From: Emiliania huxleyi CCMP1516
Lineage: Eukaryota
Reading direction: 5' to 3'
DNA length: 21,851 bases
Assembly (NCBI RefSeq): GCF_000372725.1
Contig: NW_005202303.1
Coordinates: 434,001-455,851 of the forward strand
How positions within the stretch are numbered: position 1 is the first letter of the stretch; every line of letters begins with the position of its first letter. The translations under genes and the position numbers were made by a program. Of this stretch, positions 8,182-17,658 are shown in pieces. A model generated the notes under the pieces. It did not search any database, was not told where the DNA came from, and saw nothing but the letters and a program-made list of their open reading frames with translations.

Positions 8182-10593
8182 ATGCTACACTCCACAACTG
8201 ACGGTACACTGACGGTACTCCTTCCACTTAGCTCTTTAGCCGTCCGCCGACCTCATGCTCCGGCGAAGGACTTTCTCGCTGTCTTTCACACGCCAACCAA
8301 CGTCGCAACGGCCAGTGGGAGAGCGGGAGCACCGGCGGAGAAGGCGATGCTGGCTGTGAGGGTGATGCCGGCTCCTAGGACGATCATATGTAGTTGTCTC
8401 TGGGGATCAATGCCCGAATTCGGGCAGCGACGGGAGAGCGCTTATTCGATGCACAGAGCGACACAGGAGAGCCTCGAGGCGCTGGCGCGGCTGGACGCCA
8501 CCCTAATCATCCAGGCTGGGGCGCGCCGCCTTTTGGCTCGTCGCCAGCCCCCTCCGGAGAATCGGCCGTGGGCCAGTAGCCTGGCCGAGGCGATCGCGGA
8601 GCGGCGCAAGTTTCACAGCGCCGCACTACTGATGCAGACGGCGCTACGGCGCAGGGTGGCGCAGAGGCGCATGGTCGAGCAGCGCGGCGCGTGCCGGAGG
8701 ATCCAGGCGGCGGCTCGCTTACGCCGCGTGGTTCGGAGGCGCGCAGTGGCCACGCACACGCAAGGCGAGGCGGCGGCGGCGGCAGCGGCGGCGGCGGCAG
8801 CGAGAGAGGCGGCGACGCGAGCGTTGCGACTCAAGGCAGAGGCGGACGCGTCGCTCGCGGCGGTGACGGCAAAGGCCATGGAGATGGCGGCCGAAGCTGC
8901 GAGGGCAAAGCGGGAGGAGGCGGCACGGGCGGAGGAGGCGCGTGCCCGGGCGGCCGCCGAGGCAGCGGAGGCTGCGAGGCGGGAGGCGGAGGCTGCGAGG
9001 AGGACGGAGAGGCAGCGCGAGGCGCTCCAGAGGGCGGACCTTGAGCGAGAGCGGCAGGAGGTGCGGCTTATCATGTCAAGACTCGAGGCGGAGGCGCCAA
9101 AGCTCCGCTTGGCCGCCAGGAAGGCGTCTGAGGCGGTTGAGGCCTCCGAGAGGCAGGTGGAAGGGCTGCGGGCGAAGGGCGCCCGGGCGAGGGAGGGCAA
9201 GGCCGCGTCGGCGCTGCAGCTCAGCCTTCAGAGGGCGCTTGCCCAGCTCGCCGCTTGCCAGGCCAGAAAGGCGGTGCGGGTCGCCCTGGTAAAGGCCTCG
9301 AGCGCGGAGCTCCACTTCTCGCACGCTGCGCTTGAAGCCGTCTCGCTCGGCCAGATGCGGAACCTGCGCGAGCACGCCCATCAGGCGGCGCAGCTGCGCG
9401 CAAAGACGCTCGAGGCGGCCCGCGCGTCTGGGGCGCTCGGATCGCCGTCGCCGAGCCCGGCCGCGCCCCAACCGGAGGCCACGCCGCCCAGCGGCCCCGC
9501 GACCAGCACGAGGGCGGCGGCCTCTGAGGTGGTGCCGGTGCGCACTTCGACCCTCAAGCGCGAGACGTGGCAGGCGTTGCAGGCGGGCGAGATGGGGGGC
9601 GTCGACGCCGCGACAGTAAAGGCGTGGCGCGACGAGATGAGCGAGCTCGCGGCGGCACGCCGAGCGAACGACGCCAAGCGACGCGTGGCACGCTGCGGCT
9701 CGTCCTCCGTGGTCAGGGCGTCGCATCCGCACCCGTGGGGCAGAGGAGAGAGCGCTACCCGGAGCCGAGGCCCGAGCGCCAAGGCTCAGCCGCCCGGAGC
9801 GAGTGAGGATGATGTCTCTGCGAAGGACCTCGCGACCGTCAAGGCGGAGGCGAAGCACCGCGCCCTGCAGCGGGCGCGGGCCAGGCACCGGCTGGCGGAG
9901 AGTGCTGAGCGGGCGGCCATCACGCGGGAGAGGGCGCGCGAAAAGCAGATCCAGGCGGCGCTGGAGCACCAGATCCGCAAGGCGCGCGTGGAGGAGCGCG
10001 CGTGGAAGGACGCCACGCGGCGCGTCGTCGCCAACCGGAGACGGCCACCCGCACCTGGACCTCTGCCGCAGCAGAGGGGTCCCTCTTCGGAGCGGCACGG
10101 TTCGGGAGGAGCAGCCACGCGCAGCAGCGGCCGGGAGGGGATCCACAGCGGCGGCACTAGCGGCCGGGAGCGCCGACGCAACGGCGGGACTGGCGCGCGG
10201 GGACAGGCTCCTCCGGAGGAGGCGGCTGGCGCCCGGAGCCTCGCTGCTCTGGCCAGCTCGAGAGCTCCCGCCCCATCCTTGGCCGCCGCTTTGCCCAGTC
10301 CTTGCCTCGTGGCCGACCCGCGAACGCTGCCCGAGCAGCTGATGGTACCGTGGGCGATCCTCCCTCGCCGAGTCCGCGGCCTCGCGATGCGCCACGGATA
10401 CACGCACGTCTCGTGGGACCTCGAGACGATGGCGCTGATCCAGCAGACGAGTGTCAGGTACCGGCGCGAGGGTGCCGACCTCAGAAGCGGCCCGCGGCCG
10501 AAGCTGCGTGAGAGGGGGGGGCGCGCCGCAGCCAGTGGCTTGCATCACCCGGAGGTGCGGGCGACAACGGGAGCGCGGACGCGAGGTCAGTGA
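8182..10593 (+). CDS. Intronless hypothetical protein with IQ-like calmodulin-binding motifs and Ala/Glu/Arg coiled coil
   Basis: Open frame of about 800 codons; IQ-like segments IIQAGARRLLAR, LMQTALRRRVAQR, RIQAAARLRR. Start uncertain (in-frame ATGs at 8182, 8347, 8410, 8449). May be repeat-derived. Confidence 0.55.
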   Translation: MLHSTTDGTLTVLLPLSSLAVRRPHAPAKDFLAVFHTPTNVATASGRAGAPAEKAMLAVRVMPAPRTIICSCLWGSMPEFGQRRESAYSMHRATQESLEALARLDATLIIQAGARRLLARRQPPPENRPWASSLAEAIAERRKFHSAALLMQTALRRRVAQRRMVEQRGACRRIQAAARLRRVVRRRAVATHTQGEAAAAAAAAAAAREAATRALRLKAEADASLAAVTAKAMEMAAEAARAKREEAARAEEARARAAAEAAEAARREAEAARRTERQREALQRADLERERQEVRLIMSRLEAEAPKLRLAARKASEAVEASERQVEGLRAKGARAREGKAASALQLSLQRALAQLAACQARKAVRVALVKASSAELHFSHAALEAVSLGQMRNLREHAHQAAQLRAKTLEAARASGALGSPSPSPAAPQPEATPPSGPATSTRAAASEVVPVRTSTLKRETWQALQAGEMGGVDAATVKAWRDEMSELAAARRANDAKRRVARCGSSSVVRASHPHPWGRGESATRSRGPSAKAQPPGASEDDVSAKDLATVKAEAKHRALQRARARHRLAESAERAAITRERAREKQIQAALEHQIRKARVEERAWKDATRRVVANRRRPPAPGPLPQQRGPSSERHGSGGAATRSSGREGIHSGGTSGRERRRNGGTGARGQAPPEEAAGARSLAALASSRAPAPSLAAALPSPCLVADPRTLPEQLMVPWAILPRRVRGLAMRHGYTHVSWDLETMALIQQTSVRYRREGADLRSGPRPKLRERGGRAAASGLHHPEVRATTGARTRGQ

Positions 10594-11123
10594 CATAGCT
10601 CGTAGGCATATAGAAGAAAACGTGAGCTGAAAACGCGGAGAAAAAGGCAGGCGCATGATTGAAAAAAGAATCTTACAACAAAACTCCCTCGCACAACACA
10701 CAAAAAAGAAACAATCAACTCATGCACCAACTCCAATTGCTCCAACCGAAAAGGGACACACACACGGGTGTATGGAAAAGAGAACACGCCCAGCAAAATG
10801 GACTCGCGCCAAGGAGGGTGGAGGAACGGCACAGAACGTCACCATGCAGGAGCTTTCCGCATTCCGGGAAGGGGAGTGTGCGGGCTAGCCATCCTCCACG
10901 TCCCTCGTCCGGCAACGTCCGCATGCTCGCTCGTCCGCTCTCGGGCTGAGCTCTCGGGTCCTCATTCATCCATCCATGCCACGTCGCCCTTCCTCCTTCC
11001 CTCCGTCTCCTAAGGGGAAAGAAAACAAAACGCCGACAGAACTTGGCGCTGTTGTGCCCCTCCATACTCGTAGCTCTCCATGAGGCTCACTTGGGTCGAG
11101 GCTGCATACTAAAGCGAGTCTCG

Positions 11124-13307
11124 ATGGCGCCGCGCGCCAACGAGCGCACCAGTCTGCTGAAGGGTCCATCGAGCAGCAGCGCGACAGTCGAGCAGCAGTC
11201 CTCGTTTGCTCCCGTCCGGGCGGTCCTGTCCTGCACCGCAGCCCTCGTCATGACGCTGGTCGCCGCGGCGCTGCTGGTCGCCGCCTCGCTGCAGGCCGCC
11301 GACCTCTCGGCGTGGCTCGCCACGCCCTCGCCGGGTTGGTCGTCGGCACCTCCGCCGCCCTTGGACAAGCCGTCCGGAGGCCCGCACCGGCCCAGGCGAG
11401 CGGCAGGCTCCGAGCCGTCACCGACCGCCGCCACCGCCTCCACGCATGAGACAACACTTCCACCCCCACCTCCTTGGTGGAACCGCCCGAGGAAGTGGAG
11501 GAAGGAGGTGATGGTCGCGAAGGAGATGGGTGGTGCCCGCGCGGCGCTGCACGGCGGCCAGGGCGAGACACTTCCGAGACACGGCCTTAGGGGCAGGAGG
11601 CAGGGCCGCCGGAACGCGAGCCAAGCGGGCAGGCTCCGCGTGCGCGGCGCGCCGTCGGAGCGGCTGCGGCTACGCGTGGCGAGGGCGAAGACTGTCGCCG
11701 AGGCGAGGGGCGGGAGGAGGGAGGCGAGGGATGCCGCAAGGGCCAAGTATGCTGCCGCGAGCGCCTCCCCCCGAGACCGGCCGGCGGCGAGGTCTGCTGC
11801 TGCTGATCGGTTCCTCGAGTCGGTGCACGTGGTGCCACAGGGAGGCGCGCTGGCGGTGGAGTGCAGCGGCGGGACGTGGGTGAGGCAGGTGTCCTTCGCT
11901 TCGTACGGCGCGCCGGTGCGGCAACCCAACGGCTCTCTGGCGGCGGACCCGGCCTGCCACCTCGACGAGACGAAGAGGGTGGTCGAGGAGGCGTGCCTCG
12001 GCCAGTCGCACTGCTGCCTCCCGATCGCAGACGCCAACTTCCCGCGCGACCCGTGCCGAGGCCGCGTCAAGTCGTTCGCCGCCGTCTTGGTCGGGTGCGA
12101 CCTCCACTTGCCTCCGAGCAGGTACAAGACGCACTGCGCTCTCTCCGGCCAGCCGATGCTGCCGCAGGAGGACGTCGAGTTCCTCGCTGCCCTGCAGCTG
12201 CCGCCCGCACCCGAGCCCGTCCCGCCCGCGGTCGCGATCATGGTCGACACGACCTACCGGCCCGAGCTGCAGTCTTTCGTCGTGCAGAGCGTGCGCCGCG
12301 CCACCGGCTGGCCCGTCCAGATCTTCACAGGACCGACAGCCAAGCCGCAGCTCGCGACCCTCTTCGCGGAGGAGATCTCGAGCGGCGCTCTCTCGCTCAC
12401 CGACCTCGGCGACGACTACATGGAGGATTGGGTGCGGCTCTCATCGATGATGCTCATCCCGACCTTCTGGGAGGCGGTGCGGGGCAAGAAGGCGCTCGTC
12501 TTCCAGCCCGACTCGGTCATGTGTGGCAACGCAACCCGCTCCATCGACCACTTCGTGCAGTACGACTACGTCGGACCCCCAATGTCGGGGCCGTGGTGGA
12601 TGACGTCAGACCACCCTTCGCAGTGGTCCGTCGGCTGCGGCGGCTTCTCGCTGCGCGACCGCGCCCTCTCGATCCGGATGTCCAACACGCCCGCTTGCAT
12701 CACCCCCGCCGCCGGCAAGTTCGAGGACCAGCAGCTCGGCACCATGTGGAAGCGGATCGAGGCGAGGTGTGGCGACGCCGGCATCACTGTCCGCCGGCCG
12801 TCGCGCTTCGAGGCGGTCGAGTTCGGCGTCGAGTACGACCTGCACATGGACGTGCTGCCTGGCGAGGCGCCGCAAGGGTACCCACCCCTCCCCTCCGGCT
12901 GCACCGCCAACTTCTACACCGGCCCAAAGTACCAGCCGCACACGACGAAGCGAAAGTGGCAGCCGACGCCGCTGCCGTCGCCGCAGCAGTGCCCCGAGCG
13001 CTCCTTTGTCCCGATGGCGTGCCACAAGTGCTGGTTCTGGAACCAGCGCACCTGGCGGTTCATGAAGCGGCACTGCCCAGAGGTGACAACGCTGCGCCAG
13101 CTGCGACGCAAGTACGAGGTTGGCACCGAGTTCACCGGCTTCCCCAAGCGGCCGAAGCCGACCCCTCGGCGCGGCGCCATCCCGCCCGACCAGCGCTACC
13201 TGCCGCACGACATGCTGCAGGGGCGGTGCCACGGCCGGTGCGAGGCGCAGCCGCCGCCCACCGGCTTCGAGAGGACCGTCCGAGGGGACTACCTGAGGAA
13301 GGGGTGA
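11124..13307 (+). CDS. Type II membrane protein: TM anchor, SUEL/galactose-binding lectin domain, DUF5672 (putative glycosyltransferase-like) domain
   Basis: Hydrophobic AVLSCTAALVMTLVAAALLVAASL; lectin-type C..FASYG..CH....VEEACLGQSHC...F..DPC (~11850-12098); DUF5672-type FWE...LVFQPDS...YDYVG....GCGGFSLR...ED. Intronless. Confidence 0.8.
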   Translation: MAPRANERTSLLKGPSSSSATVEQQSSFAPVRAVLSCTAALVMTLVAAALLVAASLQAADLSAWLATPSPGWSSAPPPPLDKPSGGPHRPRRAAGSEPSPTAATASTHETTLPPPPPWWNRPRKWRKEVMVAKEMGGARAALHGGQGETLPRHGLRGRRQGRRNASQAGRLRVRGAPSERLRLRVARAKTVAEARGGRREARDAARAKYAAASASPRDRPAARSAAADRFLESVHVVPQGGALAVECSGGTWVRQVSFASYGAPVRQPNGSLAADPACHLDETKRVVEEACLGQSHCCLPIADANFPRDPCRGRVKSFAAVLVGCDLHLPPSRYKTHCALSGQPMLPQEDVEFLAALQLPPAPEPVPPAVAIMVDTTYRPELQSFVVQSVRRATGWPVQIFTGPTAKPQLATLFAEEISSGALSLTDLGDDYMEDWVRLSSMMLIPTFWEAVRGKKALVFQPDSVMCGNATRSIDHFVQYDYVGPPMSGPWWMTSDHPSQWSVGCGGFSLRDRALSIRMSNTPACITPAAGKFEDQQLGTMWKRIEARCGDAGITVRRPSRFEAVEFGVEYDLHMDVLPGEAPQGYPPLPSGCTANFYTGPKYQPHTTKRKWQPTPLPSPQQCPERSFVPMACHKCWFWNQRTWRFMKRHCPEVTTLRQLRRKYEVGTEFTGFPKRPKPTPRRGAIPPDQRYLPHDMLQGRCHGRCEAQPPPTGFERTVRGDYLRKG

Positions 13308-13540
13308 GGTGGCCGTTCGTGGATATAGAGCAGAGCGTGCCCGCAGAGCGCCCGCGGCGGGACATTTGTGTCTGTGTATGTGTGAGCGCGTGTGTGTGAC
13401 ACGGCTGACGGGGGTACGATCGTGCGCGCTCGCGATCAACTGAGAACTGTCGCCCGCGCTTCTTTTACGTCTTTTGTTTTGATCATATTTATCTCTTTGA
13501 CAAGCCATCTCTGTTCTCAAAAACCTACGCACACATTGGC

Positions 13541-15446
13541 TCAGCCGTCGGCCTCCCCCTCCTCCCTCCGCCGCCTCACGCACACCGGCAGGGAGTAGTG
13601 CTCGAGGGCCCACCAGTTACGGCCTGCCTCTGCGCCCTCCCACGTGCCCGGCGCCACCGACACCCGGACGGGCTCGAAGGTGGCGGTCAGGCCGAGCGAG
13701 TGCAGGTGGCGTCGTGCGGCCTCGCAGTAGACGCGGTGCAGGAAGGCGTCGTGCGAGGCGATGCCTGCGTCCACGGCGGGGCAAGCGTCAAGGGAGGGGT
13801 GCGGTGAGGGGGTGTGCGGTAGGGTGGGAGGCGGCGCCGTTGAAGTACGAGTAGACTCCTCCGGGCCGGAGCAGGCCGGGCAGCAGCTCGTGGAAGCGGA
13901 AGAGCTCGTCGGCTCCTGCTGACAGCTCTCCGCCTCACGCCTCTGCCGGTGCGGGCGAGGGCGCGGCTACATGCGCCGCCCTCGGCGAAGGTGTCAAAGA
14001 AGATCGCGTCGAAGGGCGGGTCCGCCTGCTCACACCGCACGCCGCTTGGACAGTTGCCTCTCCGCACGGCGCCGCGAGGGTGTGCGCCGCCTCGTCGCAC
14101 AGCGGCGGCAGCACGCCCTGCCACGTGCCCTGCAGGACAGTGACGCCCGCCCGCTCGAGCCAGCCGCCTCGCCGCATCGCGAGCAGCACGTCGGCGTGCG
14201 GCTCGACGATGGTGTGCGAGGCGGGGCGGCGCCGCTGCAGCGCCGTGTCCACGAGCCCGAGCCCGAACCCGAGGTTGAGCACGCGCGCCCCGCCCTCCTC
14301 CGGGCAGAGGGCGGCCGCGTGCGCCTCCATGAGCGGCGCCTCCCACGCCATCATCACCTGCACGCAGCTCGACGAATCTCAATGGGGGTAGCAGCCCGCT
14401 ATCCCTCTCTCCCTCCCCGGCCCGTCAAGCTCGCCCATCAGAGTCTCGTGTCCAGGCCACATCTCGGCCACATCTCGGCCACATCTCGGCCACATCTCGG
14501 CCACATCTCGGCCACATCTCGGCCACATCTCGGCCACATCTCGGCCACATCTCGGCCACATCTCGGCCGCATCTCGGCCGCATCTCGGCCACATCTCGGC
14601 CACATCTCGGCCGCATCTCGGCCGCATCTCGGCCACATCTCGGCCACATCTCGGCCACATCTCGGCCACATCTCGGCCACATCTCGGCCACATCTCGGCC
14701 ACATCTCGGCCACATCTCGGCCACATCTCGGCCGCATCTCGGCCGCATCTCGGCCACATCTCGGCCGCATCTCGGCCGCATCTCGGCCGCATCTCGGCCA
14801 CATCTCTCACCGGTCTGTCGAGCTCGTCCATCAGCCGGCCCTCCTCGAAGCGGAGGCGCTGCTGGAGGAAGTCCGAGTGGAGCGAGTGGCCGAAGCACGC
14901 CTCGTGAGCAGCCTCGGCAGGCCCGGCGGTAGCAGCAGCATCGTCACGGTCGGCGGCTGTCCCGCTGTCGGTGGCAGCGGTGACGGCTTCGCTTCGCGAG
15001 GCGCGGTCGACCTCCCAGAGGACGCTGCTGCTGCCCGCCTCGAGGAGCGCGTCGAGCAGCGCTGTGTTCCCGTCCCTCAGGGCAATCGCTCCCGCGGAGT
15101 GGCCGAACGAGTCGATGGCGTCCCACGGAGCGCCCGCCTCCATCAGCGCCAGCGCCTCGGCGGTTTGACCGGCGTGCACGGCAGCCATGAGCGCGCGCGG
15201 CAGCGCCTCGTCCTGAACCGCACGGACCTGCGCGAGCACACGACGCACCAGCGCTTCGCCGGCCTGGCCCTCGGCAGCCTCAGCAGCGTCTCCGATTGTC
15301 GCAGCCTCAGCAGCTTCGACGCCAAACGATGAGAGGATTTGTTGTGGAGAGGCCCCGGCAGCGAGCTGGGCAGCGACGTACTGGCGGCAGTAATCGATGC
15401 CGGCCTCGTCTGGGTCTGACGAGGACGGGAACATGGTTACAGGCAT
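13541..15446 (-). CDS. RMT2: Protein arginine N-methyltransferase 2 (RMT2 type: ankyrin-like repeat + GAMT-like SAM domain)
   Basis: Exons (minus) 15446-14811, 14357-14091, 14025-13980, 13915-13838, 13764-13541. Motifs: EAGAPWDAID, FLQQRLRF..GRLMD...PVMMAWEAPLMEAHA, RVLNLGFGLGLVD, HTIVEPH, FDAIFFDTFAE, LLRPGGVYSYFNG, HYSLPVC. Confidence 0.9.
14455..14806. repeat. Intronic 11-bp satellite (GGCC[A/G]CATCTC) x32
   Basis: 352 bp = 32 in-phase units; variant order A10 G2 A2 G2 A9 G2 A1 G3 A1; lies within RMT2 intron 14358-14810. Confidence 0.97.
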
Positions 15447-15450
15447 GCCC

Positions 15451-15515
15451 CCAGTTTGCGCCAGTCCGCGCCCTTGTCGTGCCAGTGTGCTGCTTGTATT
15501 TTAAGAATTCTTTCT
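15451..15515 (+). mobile_element. Fourth copy of the putative retroelement 3' tail, abutting the RMT2 start
   Basis: CCAGTTTGCGCCAGTCCGCGCCCTTGTCGTG...AAGAATTCTT aligns with CCAGTGCGCGCCAGTCCCGTGCCTAGTGTCGTG...AAAATTCTT at 5375-5420. Confidence 0.55.
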
Positions 15516-15891
15516 TTCTTTACCTGCCATCCCGTTGACCTTGGACTTAATGACATGACATGCACCCACTCCTCTCCTTAAAATCCCTGTGTGGTGGCGG
15601 CGTGCCGTCCTCCCATCCCTCCCTTGCAATGTCGGCTTTCTTTCTTTATTTCTTTCTTGGGATGTCCCTCCCTTAGCTTCTTTCTTTCTTGGGATGTCCA
15701 TTTTATTTATGTATAGAAAACAACAAAACATCTCTCTCTCTGTACTGTATAGACCAGGCAGGGGGAAGACTTTTACAACAACGGAAAAGAATTTCGCCGC
15801 GATCCCGTGCAAGTGTTGTGCGGAAAACTAGTGTACCTTTGTACTACTCATCAAACAACATACACTCAGAAACCCCTCTCCCTTTTCTCCC

Positions 15892-15932
15892 AGTAAGCTA
15901 AAAGTACGTCTCAGAGTAAGCTAAAAGTACGT
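15892..15932. repeat. 18-bp direct repeat AGTAAGCTAAAAGTACGT x2
   Basis: Exact copies at 15892-15909 and 15915-15932 in AT-rich intergenic DNA. Confidence 0.9.
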
Positions 15933-16096
15933 ACACCCAAACAGAAATCCGCGAAGAGCTAACTTATGGGAGGGAGTAAATTGTGGTAAATCTGTAATAA
16001 GATCCAAACTCGGCGCCGGCTAGAAGTCCTGCCAAAACTCGAGCGTCCTCGTGGCTCCTGCACACTCCCGCAACACTCCCCGCAACTGAGCCAGCA

Positions 16097-17389
16097 ATGG
16101 GTGCGCACGAGTATGCGGCCGAGGCCGCAGGCAATCCCCACAGCTCCGTCGGCGACGGCCTCAGCTCGTCGTGGACCGCGGTCGGGCACGCCTGGGCTGG
16201 GACGAGCACCTCCTCAGAGCCCCCCGCCTCACTCTCGCCGCAATACACGGCAGAGCCAACCTCGGTTGACGTCTCGCTGCTCATGCAGCAGCAGCGGCAG
16301 ATGGCCGAGCGCCCCAAGCAAATGGAGGCTATGATGGCAGCCCAGCAGCGCGCACACGCACTCGAGAAGGTGCGCATGGACCTGCAGCTGGCTACGGCCG
16401 AGGCGACCACCGTGGCGAAGGGCGGCGAGGCGCCTACGCTCCGCGCCAGCGCAAACTTCCTGCAGAGCTGCATCCACGTCCAGGCCATGTGGCGAGGCCA
16501 GGCCGTGGCGTCGCGCTACAAGACCGAGCGGCTCATGGCGACGGACATTCAGGCCGCCATGCGCAAGTGGCTCGCAACGCGGCAACTCGTTGCAGCGCGG
16601 GGAGCGGCCATCAAGCTTTCCGCCTCTGCGCGCCGCCGCGCCGCCGTCCTCGAGCGGGCGTGGCTGCTGCGCGAGAGGTCGGCTGCACGGGTGCAGGCGG
16701 CCTTCCGAGCGTACAAGGCGCAGGTGCTCGACGCGCCTGCGGTGACCAAGTCGCGTCTCATCGCACGGCGCCTGCATGAGGAGAGCCTGAACCGCGGCGC
16801 GCTTCGATTCGCCGAGGTGAAAAAGGCGGCGGCGGTGGCAGCGGTGCGGGTGGCAGCAGAGGCAGATGAGGCGGTGCTGGCAGCGGCGTTGACGGCGGCA
16901 GAAGCGGACAAGGCCGCTGCAATGGTGGCGCGGGCGGCAGCAGAGAGGAGCAACAGGGCGGCGGTGGCGGCGGCGGTGGCGGCGGCGGTGGCGGCGGCTC
17001 GCGTGGAAGCAGAAACGGACCAGGCGGCAGCGTTGGCGGCAGTGCGTGCGACGGCAAAGGCGGACCAAGCGGCGGCGGTGGCGGCGGCTCGCGCGGAAGC
17101 AGAAGCGGACAAGGAGGCGGCGTTGGTAGCCACAGTGGCAGCAGCAGAAGCGTACGACGCCCAAACCGAAATTCCTGTCCCATCCTGCGATGGTGGGGCG
17201 GGACTGCCGTTTCAGCCGTCATCGCACTTCCGAGGGCAGCAGCCCGGCTACGTGTACCGTATCGGCCATCTGGGTCTGGGATACTACCCTGACAACGATG
17301 CGATGATGGCAGAGGCGGTGAGGGTAGCCTCTGCGACGCGCATTCCATTCCCACGAGCGCCTCATCAGCCGCAGTGGCTCGTGCGATGA
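16097..17389 (+). CDS. Intronless hypothetical protein with tandem IQ motifs, ~15-aa Ala-rich repeats and C-terminal GY..G..G.GYY.D motif
   Basis: 430-aa ATG-started ORF; IHVQAMWRGQAVA, TDIQAAMRKWLA, RVQAAFRAYKAQ; repeats of AAARAEAEADKAAA type; FQPSSHFRGQQPGYVYRIGHLGLGYYPD. Confidence 0.65.
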   Translation: MGAHEYAAEAAGNPHSSVGDGLSSSWTAVGHAWAGTSTSSEPPASLSPQYTAEPTSVDVSLLMQQQRQMAERPKQMEAMMAAQQRAHALEKVRMDLQLATAEATTVAKGGEAPTLRASANFLQSCIHVQAMWRGQAVASRYKTERLMATDIQAAMRKWLATRQLVAARGAAIKLSASARRRAAVLERAWLLRERSAARVQAAFRAYKAQVLDAPAVTKSRLIARRLHEESLNRGALRFAEVKKAAAVAAVRVAAEADEAVLAAALTAAEADKAAAMVARAAAERSNRAAVAAAVAAAVAAARVEAETDQAAALAAVRATAKADQAAAVAAARAEAEADKEAALVATVAAAEAYDAQTEIPVPSCDGGAGLPFQPSSHFRGQQPGYVYRIGHLGLGYYPDNDAMMAEAVRVASATRIPFPRAPHQPQWLVR

Positions 17390-17658
17390 TGCTGATTGCT
17401 GGTTTGCTGGGCCCCGTGTGCGCGCATTGAATTCAAGATGCGGCGCGCGAACGAGATCAGTTGCGAGGTGGGATATTCATGAGGAGGAGCGGGGGATGCG
17501 GGTGTCCGGGTGTACACCGTCTTGTGCATCATTTTTTTGCATGACACCGCGGGAACCTAGACTGAACTGTGTGTCTACACACACGCAGATCGTGAAGATA
17601 CAGGGCGTGAGAGAAGAGAGTACGTCGGCCGTAGTTAAGACTGCCGCTCAAGCGGCCC

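Noticed and set aside
9076..13613. Long antisense and alternate-frame ORFs (e.g. 9076-10701 -, 11861-13399 +, 12606-13613 -)
   Set aside because: Arg/Pro/Ala-rich shadow frames expected at this GC content; no recognisable motifs.
14379..14898. ORFs encoding MWPRCGRDVAE / SRPHLGHISAT repeats
   Set aside because: These are translations of the stop-free intronic 11-bp satellite; RMT2 splices across it (DRP|VMMAWE).
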